From Methanothrix sp. (GTDB lineage Archaea > Halobacteriota > Methanosarcinia > Methanotrichales > Methanotrichaceae): 64,000 bases of DNA. The stretch covers positions 1,152,001 through 1,216,000 of the forward strand of contig OY821645.1 in the NCBI GenBank assembly GCA_963682135.1. The letters run 5' to 3'. Positions 22,042-30,946 of the stretch are shown piece after piece; within the stretch, counting starts at the first letter, position 1; every line of letters begins with the position of its first letter. A program made the translations under genes and the position numbers. Below the pieces are notes generated by a model. The model made no database searches and had not been told where the DNA came from. It worked only from the letters and a program-made list of their open reading frames with translations.

Positions 22042-24636
22042 TTAAGGCAGCTTCAGCATTCCCGGTCGGGGCTCAAATACGTCTCCATCTCTTCTCATAC
22101 GATCAATGATCTCTTCCGCTTTAGCTCTTTCTATGCCCACTTCCACAGCTCTGTCCAAGACCGCATCTCTGGATGCCGGGCCCTGCTGCTCGCGGCTCAC
22201 ATCCCGTATGATATCCATCACCGATTTAGTTCGATCTCTGGTGCTCTTGGTAGTGCCTGAGGCAATAATATCCGCATCCAAGAAGCCCGTCTCTGGATCA
22301 ACGCCTACTTTTCTCAAGCATGCCTCCAGGATCTTGACCACTCGCTTGGCATCATCCAATGTGACCTTATCGGAGAGGCGCAGGCGAGCACTGGCCTCAC
22401 CCAGACGGATAAGCGCCTCAAGTTGCCGGGCGGTGACGGGCACAGGCTTGTTGGTATCCTGCCCCTGGCTGCGGAGACCGACGTAGTACTTGAGGAAGTA
22501 CTCCTTGGCCTCATCACTTAAGGTAGGAAAGATGTTCTTGCGGGCATAGGCCACGTACTTTCGCAGCAGCTCCGGATCAAGGACCGGCTTTATTACTACC
22601 AGAGCGTTGTCGATGTCCTCTTGAGAGATATCCTCGTTCCAGGAAGCTTGAGTAGCCAGCTCGCCGGCATAGTTGCTCTTCAGGATATGCTGGGCGATGG
22701 CCGAGTCCCTCTTGGTGTCCGGATCGTCGGTCAGGACGAAGATCAGATCAAACCGGGACATGAGCGCAGGAGTGAGGTTGATCTGAGGAGCGATGGGCTC
22801 GTACTTGTCGAAGCGGCCCAGCTTGGGATTGGCAGCGGCAAGCAGTGAGCAGCGGGACTTGAGAGTGGCCATGACACCGGCCTTAGCGACGCTTATGGTA
22901 TTGTGCAGAACAAGGCCTTGCGAGATGAATGTGTGGGTCGGCTCGACGGTTACATCATAAACGTAATCTGCAAAGCGCTCGCCCTGATTTGCGATAACTT
23001 TTACATCTACGACATTCAGAGAGCCAATCTCATCCGTTATACCAAAGTTCGATTTCAGCGCAGGGACAATATCTCCTGCTCTTACCTGGCTGGCTGGAAC
23101 ACAAGCGAGCCCATCTTTGGTGACATATACTGGATGTTCGGGAGTAACCAGGATCTCTTTGCCGTTGGAGTAAATGATACTGATGAAATGGTCTGGGGCC
23201 AGATGCCTGCTCACCCTATCAACCGGCAGATCGAAGACGCGGCTCATGTCTGTGCTTATTATCTTAATATTCTCACGGAGCGGTAGAATCTCGCAGTCCT
23301 TTCCGGCAATTATCTCCGAAGGTCGATCCTTCATCAGCCTGTCCACAAATTCACCGATGCGCACCTTTCGCCCATCGGCAAGTTGGATCTCTGTCAGAGG
23401 ATGATAGCTCTGCTGCTCCATCGCCTCGTGCAGCGCGCTTTTGTCCTCGTTGTCCATCTTGTCCATCTCATCTATGGCGGCGATACCCTTGTCCGCCAGG
23501 ACCAGTGCTCCGGCCTCGATGGTCCAGCGACCGTCGCCCAGCTCGTCTTTTACGGCGGTGGCGGTCAGGCCGGCGGAGGTGGAGCTCTTGCCGGAGGTGT
23601 AGATGCCGCGCGGCGAGATCTTAATCATGTAGCGCAAAAGCTGAGATTTGGCGATGCCCGGATCGCCCACCAGCAGGATGTGAATGTCGCCACGAATACG
23701 CGCTCCATCCGGCAGATGCTTCTCGAAGCCGGAGACAAGCTGCAATCCCAGGGCCTCTTTCACATCGTCGTATCCGTAGATGGAAGGAGCGATGGACCCC
23801 CGGATCTTTTCGTAGATCTGTGGATCACAGGACATTTCCAGGAGCAGTTTTTCCTCCTCTGGGTCGATCTCGATCTCCTCGAACTCCTGCTCAGTCATCT
23901 CCACCGAGATTCCTTTATGAAAGAGGTCGAAGTAGGTGCTTTTGCCCTGCTGGGGAGAAGAGCGCTGGTATGATTTGAGTATGCCATTGACGATTACCCG
24001 GTCGCCTGGAAATATCTTGCCTGCCAGGTCGTCCTCCAGTTCCACGTCGAGCGTCTGCGGCTGCGCTCCGCCCCGCAGGTCCTCGGGCGATTCCTGCACC
24101 CGGATCTTTTGGGCATCCACGAACTTGGACTGGGCCAGCATGAGCTTGAAGGGGCCGCCCCGATCGCAGGCCTGGTTCATGCACTTGAGGTTCTGATCCT
24201 CGAATTTGTTGCCGGTCTGCTCTTTAAAGAAGGTGAAGCCACACCTCTGGCACTGGAATGCGGCAGAGATGATCTTGGGCCGCACCTCGGTGGCGGTGCG
24301 CACGAGGCCATCGATGGCCAGCAATTTGCTGATGTGGTCACTGCGCAACTCCCTGGTCTTGAAATGGCGGGGAAGCTCAATAATGCGCACATGGGCCCGG
24401 TCCATGTAAACGTCCATGGGCAGGTCCAGCTCCAGAAGGGCGGCGTGGGCCGCTTCCAAAATAGTCTCAGGATTTTCCAGCAGCTCCTCGGCGAAGTCGG
24501 GATCGAACTTGTCAATGTCTGAGAAGCGGATCTTCAGGCTGCGCTCGTCCGGGTAGGAGTCGGCCAGCTCCAGCAACTCATCCCAGTAGCGAGAGCGGAG
24601 GAATTCCTCCCATTTGGCGACAGGATCGGCGGGCAT
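22042..24636 (-). CDS. mcm: MCM replicative helicase (contains an intein)
   Basis: Zinc finger, Walker A GDPGIAKS, Walker B IDEMDKM, SRFD and TARQLEALIRL motifs. Confidence 0.98.
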   Translation of the reverse strand: MPADPVAKWEEFLRSRYWDELLELADSYPDERSLKIRFSDIDKFDPDFAEELLENPETILEAAHAALLELDLPMDVYMDRAHVRIIELPRHFKTRELRSDHISKLLAIDGLVRTATEVRPKIISAAFQCQRCGFTFFKEQTGNKFEDQNLKCMNQACDRGGPFKLMLAQSKFVDAQKIRVQESPEDLRGGAQPQTLDVELEDDLAGKIFPGDRVIVNGILKSYQRSSPQQGKSTYFDLFHKGISVEMTEQEFEEIEIDPEEEKLLLEMSCDPQIYEKIRGSIAPSIYGYDDVKEALGLQLVSGFEKHLPDGARIRGDIHILLVGDPGIAKSQLLRYMIKISPRGIYTSGKSSTSAGLTATAVKDELGDGRWTIEAGALVLADKGIAAIDEMDKMDNEDKSALHEAMEQQSYHPLTEIQLADGRKVRIGEFVDRLMKDRPSEIIAGKDCEILPLRENIKIISTDMSRVFDLPVDRVSRHLAPDHFISIIYSNGKEILVTPEHPVYVTKDGLACVPASQVRAGDIVPALKSNFGITDEIGSLNVVDVKVIANQGERFADYVYDVTVEPTHTFISQGLVLHNTISVAKAGVMATLKSRCSLLAAANPKLGRFDKYEPIAPQINLTPALMSRFDLIFVLTDDPDTKRDSAIAQHILKSNYAGELATQASWNEDISQEDIDNALVVIKPVLDPELLRKYVAYARKNIFPTLSDEAKEYFLKYYVGLRSQGQDTNKPVPVTARQLEALIRLGEASARLRLSDKVTLDDAKRVVKILEACLRKVGVDPETGFLDADIIASGTTKSTRDRTKSVMDIIRDVSREQQGPASRDAVLDRAVEVGIERAKAEEIIDRMRRDGDVFEPRPGMLKLP
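22900..23409 (-). mobile_element. 170-aa mini-intein in MCM (Ser1 ... His-Asn / Thr+1), no homing endonuclease
   Basis: Splits the conserved AMEQQ|TISVAKAG. Block A SYHPLTEIQLADG, block B TPEHP, blocks F/G YVYDVTV...VLHN. Visibly more AT-rich than its exteins. Confidence 0.96.
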
Positions 24637-24728
24637 TTTCTGGCGTACGGTAGGAAGGCCAAGTATCTAAAGGTATGCGGTGCGGGGCGAAGGTAAGTTA
24701 TTAGATCATAAAGTTTTATTCATCCATT

Positions 24729-25337
24729 TCAGCTTCCGTGCCTGATGGCGAATGCTATCCTCTGCAGCGCCGTAGCATTGGCCAGCACTACGGTTATGGC
24801 TATTACTATTACCAGCCACTGGGTATTGAATAGTCCCAGAAACATTCCCATATAAAGCAGCATGAGCCTCTCAAACCGCTCCAGTAGTCCGCCCATCTTC
24901 TTAAGCTGTGCCTCGCCCTTCACAATCCCACGGTGATCGGCATAGGCCCGCACAAAGGTGGTCATGAGCGATCCGAAGAAGAGCAGCATAAACCAGACCT
25001 CATAAGCCAGCCCCAGAAACTCGCCTCTTCCCAGATAGAAGATAAGCCCCAGATAGAGCAGGAGCTCCACATACCTGTCCACCACTCCGTCCAGGAAGGC
25101 GCCCTTGGCCGTGGACTGGTGAGTAACCCGGGCCACCGTCCCATCCACGATATCGAGAAAGGCAGACAGGGAGAAGAGCGCCAGGCCCAGGCCCAGCCGC
25201 CCGTGCATCAGCGCGGCCATTCCTCCCACTGCCGGCACGAGAGAGAGCAGCGTCCAGGCATTGGGTGAGAGGCCCAATGCTGCCAGCCCGCCTGCCAGTT
25301 TGTCCGTCTGCTCTGATTTAAATTTGGCTTTAAGCAT
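24729..25337 (-). CDS. CDP-alcohol phosphatidyltransferase (archaetidylinositol phosphate synthase-like)
   Basis: PN..T and D..DG..AR.......GA.LD...DR signature. Confidence 0.92.
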   Translation of the reverse strand: MLKAKFKSEQTDKLAGGLAALGLSPNAWTLLSLVPAVGGMAALMHGRLGLGLALFSLSAFLDIVDGTVARVTHQSTAKGAFLDGVVDRYVELLLYLGLIFYLGRGEFLGLAYEVWFMLLFFGSLMTTFVRAYADHRGIVKGEAQLKKMGGLLERFERLMLLYMGMFLGLFNTQWLVIVIAITVVLANATALQRIAFAIRHGS

Positions 25338-25350
25338 TTTTTATCGTCTC

Positions 25351-26550
25351 TTAAAGGCCGGAGAGGAAGGTCTCTATCCTGTCCAGCGCCTCAATCAGCT
25401 CCTCACGGGATGTGGCATAGCTGCAGCGCAGCAATCCTTCGCCGCTCGGCCCGAAGACGCTGCCCGGCACAACTGCTACCTTCTGCTCTTTGAGGAGCCT
25501 TTCTGCGAATTCATCTGAAGAAAGCCCCCAGGCTTTAACCGAGGGGAAGGCATAAAAGGCTCCTCTGGGCTCGAAGCAGTCCAGGCCGATGCGATTTAAG
25601 CCGGAGACGAACATGCGCCGGCGCAGGTCGTACTCGTGCTTCATATGCAGCATCCCTTCCTCGCCATTCTGCAGAGCCTCCAAAGCCGCCACCTGGGCCA
25701 TGGTCGGCGCACTGAGCATGGTGTACTGATGCACCTTGGTCATGGCTCCCACCAGTGACGGATCGCCCAGCACATAGCCTACGCGCCAGCCGGTCATGGC
25801 ATGCGACTTGGATAGGCCGTTGAGGATGACCGTCCTATCCTGCATGCCCTCCAACTGTGCGAAGCTGGCATGGCTGCCTGAATAGGTGAGCTTGCCATAA
25901 ACCTCGTCGGATACGACGAGAAGATCGTTCTCGACAACCACATCCGCCAGATCCTCCAGATCGGAACGGGTCATTATCGCTCCTGTGGGATTGTTGGGGT
26001 AGCTGAGCAGCAGGGCACGGGTCTTGTCCGTAACTGCCGCAGCAACATCCTCCGGTTGCAGCCGGAACTCATCCTCCAGGCGGGTGGGAACTGTTCTTGC
26101 TACTCCTCCTGCCAGAAGAATGTCCGGTGTGTAGGCCACATAGCAGGGCTCGGGGACGATGACCTCATCACCGGGGTTTAGCGTGGCGCGAAAGGCCAGA
26201 TCAACTGCTTCGCTGACACCAGTGGTGATGAGTATCTGTTGGGCAGGGTCGTAAGTAAGGCCCAGGTCCCGGCTCACCGACTCGCTTATAACCTCCCTAA
26301 GTTCGGGCATGCCTTTGTTGGAGGTGTAATGAGTGTTACCTGACTCCAGCGAATATATGCAGGCCTCGCGCACATGCCAGGGCGTGACGAAGTCCGGCTC
26401 ACCCACACCCAGTGATATTGCTCCTTGCATCTCGCTCACCAGATCGAAGAACTTTCTAATGCCCGAAGGAGGCATGCCATTGACAACCTGATTTAAATGC
26501 CGCTCGGCATTCCAGGCGGATATTGATACGTTTTTCTGTCTCAGTTTCAT
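25351..26550 (-). CDS. class I/II PLP-dependent aminotransferase
   Basis: GEPDF, YPNNPTG, SDEVY and SKSHAMTGWRVG motifs. Confidence 0.95.
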   Translation of the reverse strand: MKLRQKNVSISAWNAERHLNQVVNGMPPSGIRKFFDLVSEMQGAISLGVGEPDFVTPWHVREACIYSLESGNTHYTSNKGMPELREVISESVSRDLGLTYDPAQQILITTGVSEAVDLAFRATLNPGDEVIVPEPCYVAYTPDILLAGGVARTVPTRLEDEFRLQPEDVAAAVTDKTRALLLSYPNNPTGAIMTRSDLEDLADVVVENDLLVVSDEVYGKLTYSGSHASFAQLEGMQDRTVILNGLSKSHAMTGWRVGYVLGDPSLVGAMTKVHQYTMLSAPTMAQVAALEALQNGEEGMLHMKHEYDLRRRMFVSGLNRIGLDCFEPRGAFYAFPSVKAWGLSSDEFAERLLKEQKVAVVPGSVFGPSGEGLLRCSYATSREELIEALDRIETFLSGL

Positions 26551-27026
26551 GGAGTAATCACCAATCTCTGGGGCCTCTGCTTTTCGGTGAGAATGACGCC
26601 GTGCTCTTTGTAGCTCCGGAGGATGAAGTGAGTGCAGGTTGATTGAACGCCTTCCAGGGGCGCGATCTTCTCTGCTACGAAGTAAGCGATATCTTTCATG
26701 GACTTGCCCCGCACGGTGACGGATAGGTCATGATCACCTGAGATAAGCCGCACCGACTCTACCTCTGAGAAGTTGGCGATTCTCTCCGCTACAGCGTCGT
26801 AGCCTGTCTTTCGCTGCAACGCTACCTTCAACTCCAAAACGGCGAAGACAAAACTCTGATCGAGCTTCTCCCAATTGATCAAAGTGATGTACTTTCTTAT
26901 GACGCCAGCGTTTTCCAGCTCCCGGATCTCTCTGGCTACATCCGCCTCGGATTTGCCCAGCAGTGCCGCGATCTCGGAAGAGGTTGCCTTGGCGTTTTCG
27001 GAAAGAATCTCCAAAATCTCGTTCAT
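26547..27026 (-). CDS. Lrp/AsnC family regulator
   Basis: N-terminal HTH, LE..GVI and SGDHDL; overlaps the aminotransferase start (ATGA). Confidence 0.93.
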   Translation of the reverse strand: MNEILEILSENAKATSSEIAALLGKSEADVAREIRELENAGVIRKYITLINWEKLDQSFVFAVLELKVALQRKTGYDAVAERIANFSEVESVRLISGDHDLSVTVRGKSMKDIAYFVAEKIAPLEGVQSTCTHFILRSYKEHGVILTEKQRPQRLVITP

Positions 27027-27139
27027 GAAATTCTGTATTTACCCAGTCCATCCAATTATAGGCTTTGCGCTTACTAGAGTAGTACGGATAATCATATACA
27101 ATCGAAAGTTATTAATACTCTTATTACAACTGTATTAAT

Positions 27140-27256
27140 ATGAAACAGATGAGATGCCCAAAATGCCATTATGGATGGGAGACGAGAGTAAATAAACCAA
27201 AGGCCTGCCCCAGATGCAAAACCAGGTTGGATATGAAGAAGGTAAAGAAGGCCTGA
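27140..27256 (+). CDS. 38-aa zinc-ribbon microprotein (not in ORF track)
   Basis: MKQMRCPKCHYGWETRVNKPKACPRCKTRLDMKKVKKA with two CPxC knuckles. TATA-like AAAGTTATTAATA upstream and hairpin AGGCCTGAA/TTCAGGCCT at the stop. Confidence 0.8.
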   Translation: MKQMRCPKCHYGWETRVNKPKACPRCKTRLDMKKVKKA

Positions 27257-27367
27257 ACCAAAGATTCAGGCCTAAATCCCTATTGTTCATTGCGTGGATC
27301 TCTGTAATAAAACAACCAAAGACTGCTAATCTAAAAGGCGATCTTGAAGATTATATGGCAAGGAAAA

Positions 27368-27442
27368 AGCCCCGAGCGTGATTCGAACACGCGACCTATT
27401 GATTACAAGTCAATCGCTCTGGACCAGCTGAGCTACCGAGGC
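27368..27442 (-). tRNA. tRNA-Thr(TGT)
   Basis: Minus strand GCCTCGGTAGCTCAG..., anticodon arm ATTGA-CTTGTAA-TCAAT, T-loop GTTCGAATC. Confidence 0.96.
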
Positions 27443-27453
27443 ACTAGGTTCGA

Positions 27454-28308
27454 TTATTTTCCATCTTTACTTAAAGGCTTTGCCCTTGTCGGCCCTTTCA
27501 TATGCCGGACCTTTTCCAGGCCGCGCAGCAGAGAATAATTGGTGCCGGGATGCCGGCAGTCAAAGTCGCATAAGAGCCTCTTTGCCTCACTGCGCAGGTT
27601 ATTGGTATCAGGCATCTCGCCGGCATCATCAAATCCTAGATGGCGTCCCAGGGCATAAAGCCGCACCTCTTTTTCGGGAATACGTCGAAGCGGCTTTATC
27701 CAGGCAACGGTTTGCTCTTCACTCTCTGGACCTCTTGATTCTTCTCTCCCAGAATTTTCCGATATGACTGCATCCGCGTCGCCCTGCAATAAGCTCATGA
27801 AGATATTTCGCGCCTCATCATCCAGGGTATCGCCGGTAACGAGAATTCCGGCTTGATTTTCCTTGGCAGCCTCAAGAAGCAGCCCCATCTTCCTGGCAGA
27901 TCGGACAATGTCGGGCGTCTCTTGATCCTGCAAAGGCGGCAAGCTCTTTACAGCATAGGCAATTTCCAATTGCTTTGCCACATCTGCGGCCCGGTCGGCG
28001 GTGGGGCACATCATCTTCCCCTCATCGATGATGACTGCCGACAGGTCAATGTCTCTTCGGGCAATGAAGAGATTCTTGAGAACAAATGCGAGCGTAGCGC
28101 TCTTTCTCCCGCCGTCCAGTCCCACGGCTATGCGTGATTCGCGACCGAAGAGACCGGTTTTGCGCAGCTCCTCCCTGATCTTGCGGTGCACATCTCCTTC
28201 AAAATGCTCACGGCATAGATGCATGCCCGAGTACCTTTGATAGATAACGGCATGCCTTGGGCATTTGTCGCACTTGGTCATCTTCAGCTCACATCTTAAT
28301 TCAGACAA
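27454..28308 (-). CDS. Ncs6/TtuA/TtcA-like tRNA thiolation protein paralog with degenerate active site
   Basis: N-terminal CxxC...LC..HF, then IIDEG, TG.TLDDEA and IKPLR.IPEKEV. The PP-loop reads DGGRKS and the central CxxC is absent. Confidence 0.8.
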   Translation of the reverse strand: MSELRCELKMTKCDKCPRHAVIYQRYSGMHLCREHFEGDVHRKIREELRKTGLFGRESRIAVGLDGGRKSATLAFVLKNLFIARRDIDLSAVIIDEGKMMCPTADRAADVAKQLEIAYAVKSLPPLQDQETPDIVRSARKMGLLLEAAKENQAGILVTGDTLDDEARNIFMSLLQGDADAVISENSGREESRGPESEEQTVAWIKPLRRIPEKEVRLYALGRHLGFDDAGEMPDTNNLRSEAKRLLCDFDCRHPGTNYSLLRGLEKVRHMKGPTRAKPLSKDGK

Positions 28309-29338
28309 TCTTGAATCGAAGCAGTGCCGCTACGCCGCCCAGAGAACGCAATCGATCCCCCGGCTCAAACTCCGAGCTGAAGATCACCACCTTCCCCCTG
28401 GCATCAGCCACTTCGCGCATGATATCATCCACTTTTCCCCTACGGGCCAGCTCATCCAATACCAGCAGCTTTTCAATCGCGCCGTAGTTTCGGGCGGTCT
28501 CAACCTCTTTTATGCCGTAGGCGGCTTTGCCGTCCGTGGCGATCTCCCGGAAGAGATCCTCGATGAGCAATGCTTCGCGGGCGATGCGGCTGGACTCCAG
28601 AACGCTCTTTACCGAGCCGCGACGCAAGACCTCCTGAAATCCGGATCTTCCGATGGACGAGGTATCATCCATAGCAATTCTTTTGGCCAAATCGGGAAGG
28701 CTGGAGTCGATAACCTTCTTTAAATCCTCTTTGGTGAACCCTGGCCCCGCGAGGATTACCTCTGCGCCGTCCTTTGCCGTCGTATCAATCGCACGCGCCA
28801 CATCCCGCATAAAGCCGCCGCGCGTGTCTTCTCCGCTTCCTTTGTTGCTACCCTGGCGCAGCTCTGCGGCCATCTGCACCCCGAACTGGCGCAGGACTCC
28901 GATGGTGGCCTCTCCTTCCTCCACCAATGCAATGACCACTCGCGGTCTCTGCGACTCGGCTACTGCCTCATCTATGCGCGCCAGAAGGTCCGGCCTCCAG
29001 TGGTATTTGAGGATGGATAGATCTGTTCCGATCTCAATATTCAGAGTATGGTATGCGCCGACATCCATGCCCGACTTGATAATACCGTGCAGCCGCAGCC
29101 AATTGGAGTACATATGAAACTCTACATCCTCTACCTTGACTCCCAGACGCACCGTCTTTCTCTCCATCTTCTCAGGGCGCGCCTTGTCGGCAATGGCTGG
29201 AACCTTTCGGTGCGTGAGGGCAAAGACAAGATCGCCCCGGGAAATCAAGTGCTGTAGATGCCATAGATCATCTAAAGACTCGGGGAGCAAGGCAATCTCC
29301 CCTTCATCGCCTCGCAAATTCTTCTTCAGGATGCGCAT
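28301..29338 (-). CDS. pelA: mRNA surveillance protein Pelota
   Basis: PESLDDLWHL, YHTLNI, AGPGF.K and LGGVAALLRF motifs. Confidence 0.97.
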   Translation of the reverse strand: MRILKKNLRGDEGEIALLPESLDDLWHLQHLISRGDLVFALTHRKVPAIADKARPEKMERKTVRLGVKVEDVEFHMYSNWLRLHGIIKSGMDVGAYHTLNIEIGTDLSILKYHWRPDLLARIDEAVAESQRPRVVIALVEEGEATIGVLRQFGVQMAAELRQGSNKGSGEDTRGGFMRDVARAIDTTAKDGAEVILAGPGFTKEDLKKVIDSSLPDLAKRIAMDDTSSIGRSGFQEVLRRGSVKSVLESSRIAREALLIEDLFREIATDGKAAYGIKEVETARNYGAIEKLLVLDELARRGKVDDIMREVADARGKVVIFSSEFEPGDRLRSLGGVAALLRFKIV

Positions 29339-29395
29339 GAAATCTACCTTCTAATCAAAAGGCTTAAATCATTGTGCATCGAGGGAGGGTGTCGA

Positions 29396-29486
29396 GCCGC
29401 CATAACTCAGTTGGTAGAGTGTCTGGCTGTTAATTGCAGAGAAAGCAGTAACCAGAATGTCACAGGTTCGAGCCCTGTTGGCGGCG
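29396..29486 (+). tRNA. tRNA-Asn(GTT) with an 18-nt intron at position 37/38 (29433-29450)
   Basis: TCTGG-CTGTTA[ATTGCAGAGAAAGCAGTA]A-CCAGA. CTGT pairs with intronic GCAG between two 3-nt bulges (bulge-helix-bulge). Confidence 0.95.
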
Positions 29487-29496
29487 CATTCTTTTT

Positions 29497-29571
29497 GGGC
29501 CTGTAGCTCAGTCCGGTTAGAGCGCTCGGCTCATAACCGAGTGGTCGCCGGTTCAAATCCGGCCAGGCCCA
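29497..29571 (+). tRNA. tRNA with CAT anticodon, most likely tRNA-Ile2 (agmatidine-modified)
   Basis: GGGCCTG acceptor stem, arm CTCGG-CTCATAA-CCGAG, discriminator A. Lacks initiator features (A1-U72, GGG/CCC anticodon stem). Confidence 0.88.
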
Positions 29572-29583
29572 TGCGGCCAAATT

Positions 29584-30285
29584 TTACAGATCAGTAGTAG
29601 ACAAGACCTCATAGCGCAGCCATACAACTTCGCCTTTTAGCTGCTCTACCTGCATGAGCTTAAGTGAGATCACCTTCTTCTGGCTTTCCAGCTGATCCGC
29701 AGCCGCCGCCAGGTCAGGAGCGACGAAGATGCCTCTCTGCATTTCGCCGCCGACGAGGCTGGGATATATGAGCAGGCTCACCTCGGCCACCAGGCCCTGG
29801 CTGAGAAGAAGGCCGTTCAGGGTGCCGCCCGCGTCCACGCGCACCACCAACACGCCGTAGCGGGAGTTCATCTCCTGCAAAGCAGCCCGCAGGTCAACGT
29901 GATCCTCGCCTGCGATAATGCAGTCGATGTGTCTCTCTTTGAGGTAATGCAGATAATCCTGGGGCGTGGACTGGGAGCACAGGGCCACAAAGCCGCGCCA
30001 GTAGGGCAGGCTTCTCAGGTAATGCCAGGTGCGTATCCGTCCGCGGCTGTCGGGCACGGCCAGCAGGGGACGCCGATCGTTGGGATCGATCTTGGGCGGG
30101 AGAAAGGCGCTCTCATCCTCAGGAGGAGCCTCGCTTGCAGCTTTGAGAAAGGTGTCTGAGCCGGCAAGTGTGGCATCCTCCTTCCAGGTAGCAGCCAGCT
30201 CATAGTATTGGTACAGATCGATGGGAAAGCCGTCAATCTTTCCATCCAGGCTGACGGCGTTATGCAGAATTACTCTGGGCAGCAT
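29584..30285 (-). CDS. RibD C-terminal / dihydrofolate reductase-like protein
   Basis: AVSLDGKI, DSRGR and VDAGGTLN...YP.LVG motifs. Confidence 0.88.
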   Translation of the reverse strand: MLPRVILHNAVSLDGKIDGFPIDLYQYYELAATWKEDATLAGSDTFLKAASEAPPEDESAFLPPKIDPNDRRPLLAVPDSRGRIRTWHYLRSLPYWRGFVALCSQSTPQDYLHYLKERHIDCIIAGEDHVDLRAALQEMNSRYGVLVVRVDAGGTLNGLLLSQGLVAEVSLLIYPSLVGGEMQRGIFVAPDLAAAADQLESQKKVISLKLMQVEQLKGEVVWLRYEVLSTTDL

Positions 30286-30295
30286 GAATTGCCTT

Positions 30296-30580
30296 TCAGT
30301 TGCTCTTTGATTTGATCTTTTCTTCCATTTTTTTCAGCCATGCAAAGAGCCGTTTTCGCCAGTTGAAGTCTCGATATTTGGCCATCGCCTCTCTTCCCAG
30401 GATGAGAACTGCGAGCCAAAATGACCCTTCTCCCAGAATGACCAGAGCGGCGGAAAGGGCAATCTTTCTTTCTGCGGGGAGAGAAGAGAAGGGCACGAGC
30501 AGCAAGCATCCGTAAAAGGCGAAGGAAGCCGCGACCAGAGCTATGCCGAGCCATTTCTTCCGGGGAAAGATTTTTTGCAT
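30296..30580 (-). CDS. small two-TM membrane protein (transporter-suffix domain-like)
   Basis: LLVPF...ILGE.SFW.AVLILG.E...KYR pattern. Confidence 0.7.
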   Translation of the reverse strand: MQKIFPRKKWLGIALVAASFAFYGCLLLVPFSSLPAERKIALSAALVILGEGSFWLAVLILGREAMAKYRDFNWRKRLFAWLKKMEEKIKSKSN

Positions 30581-30946
30581 TATAAATCGGAAATGACTGT
30601 ATCGTAAAGAAGATGGCGATTACGAGGCCTAGGCCAATCTCCCTGCCCTTGCCCAGGGGCGGGCCCACGGGTGCGTGCAAAATTTGCGAGTTGTTCATAG
30701 TGCTGTGTGCAATCTCCCAAAACTGGCCTAAATCCTCATTGACCTAACTACCCGTTCACGTAGTCTAGGTAAAATTGGGTTAACAATCGGAGGATTGCGA
30801 TTAATCGGCACCCGTGATAGCAAATAAATAGGGCTTCAGCTTTGTAGAAGCCAAAAAAAGGAAGGATTATTTTACAATTTATACAGACTCATGGTTGAGT
30901 AGGATCTTCTTGTATACCCCGGATGATACTAGTATTCATTAATTTC

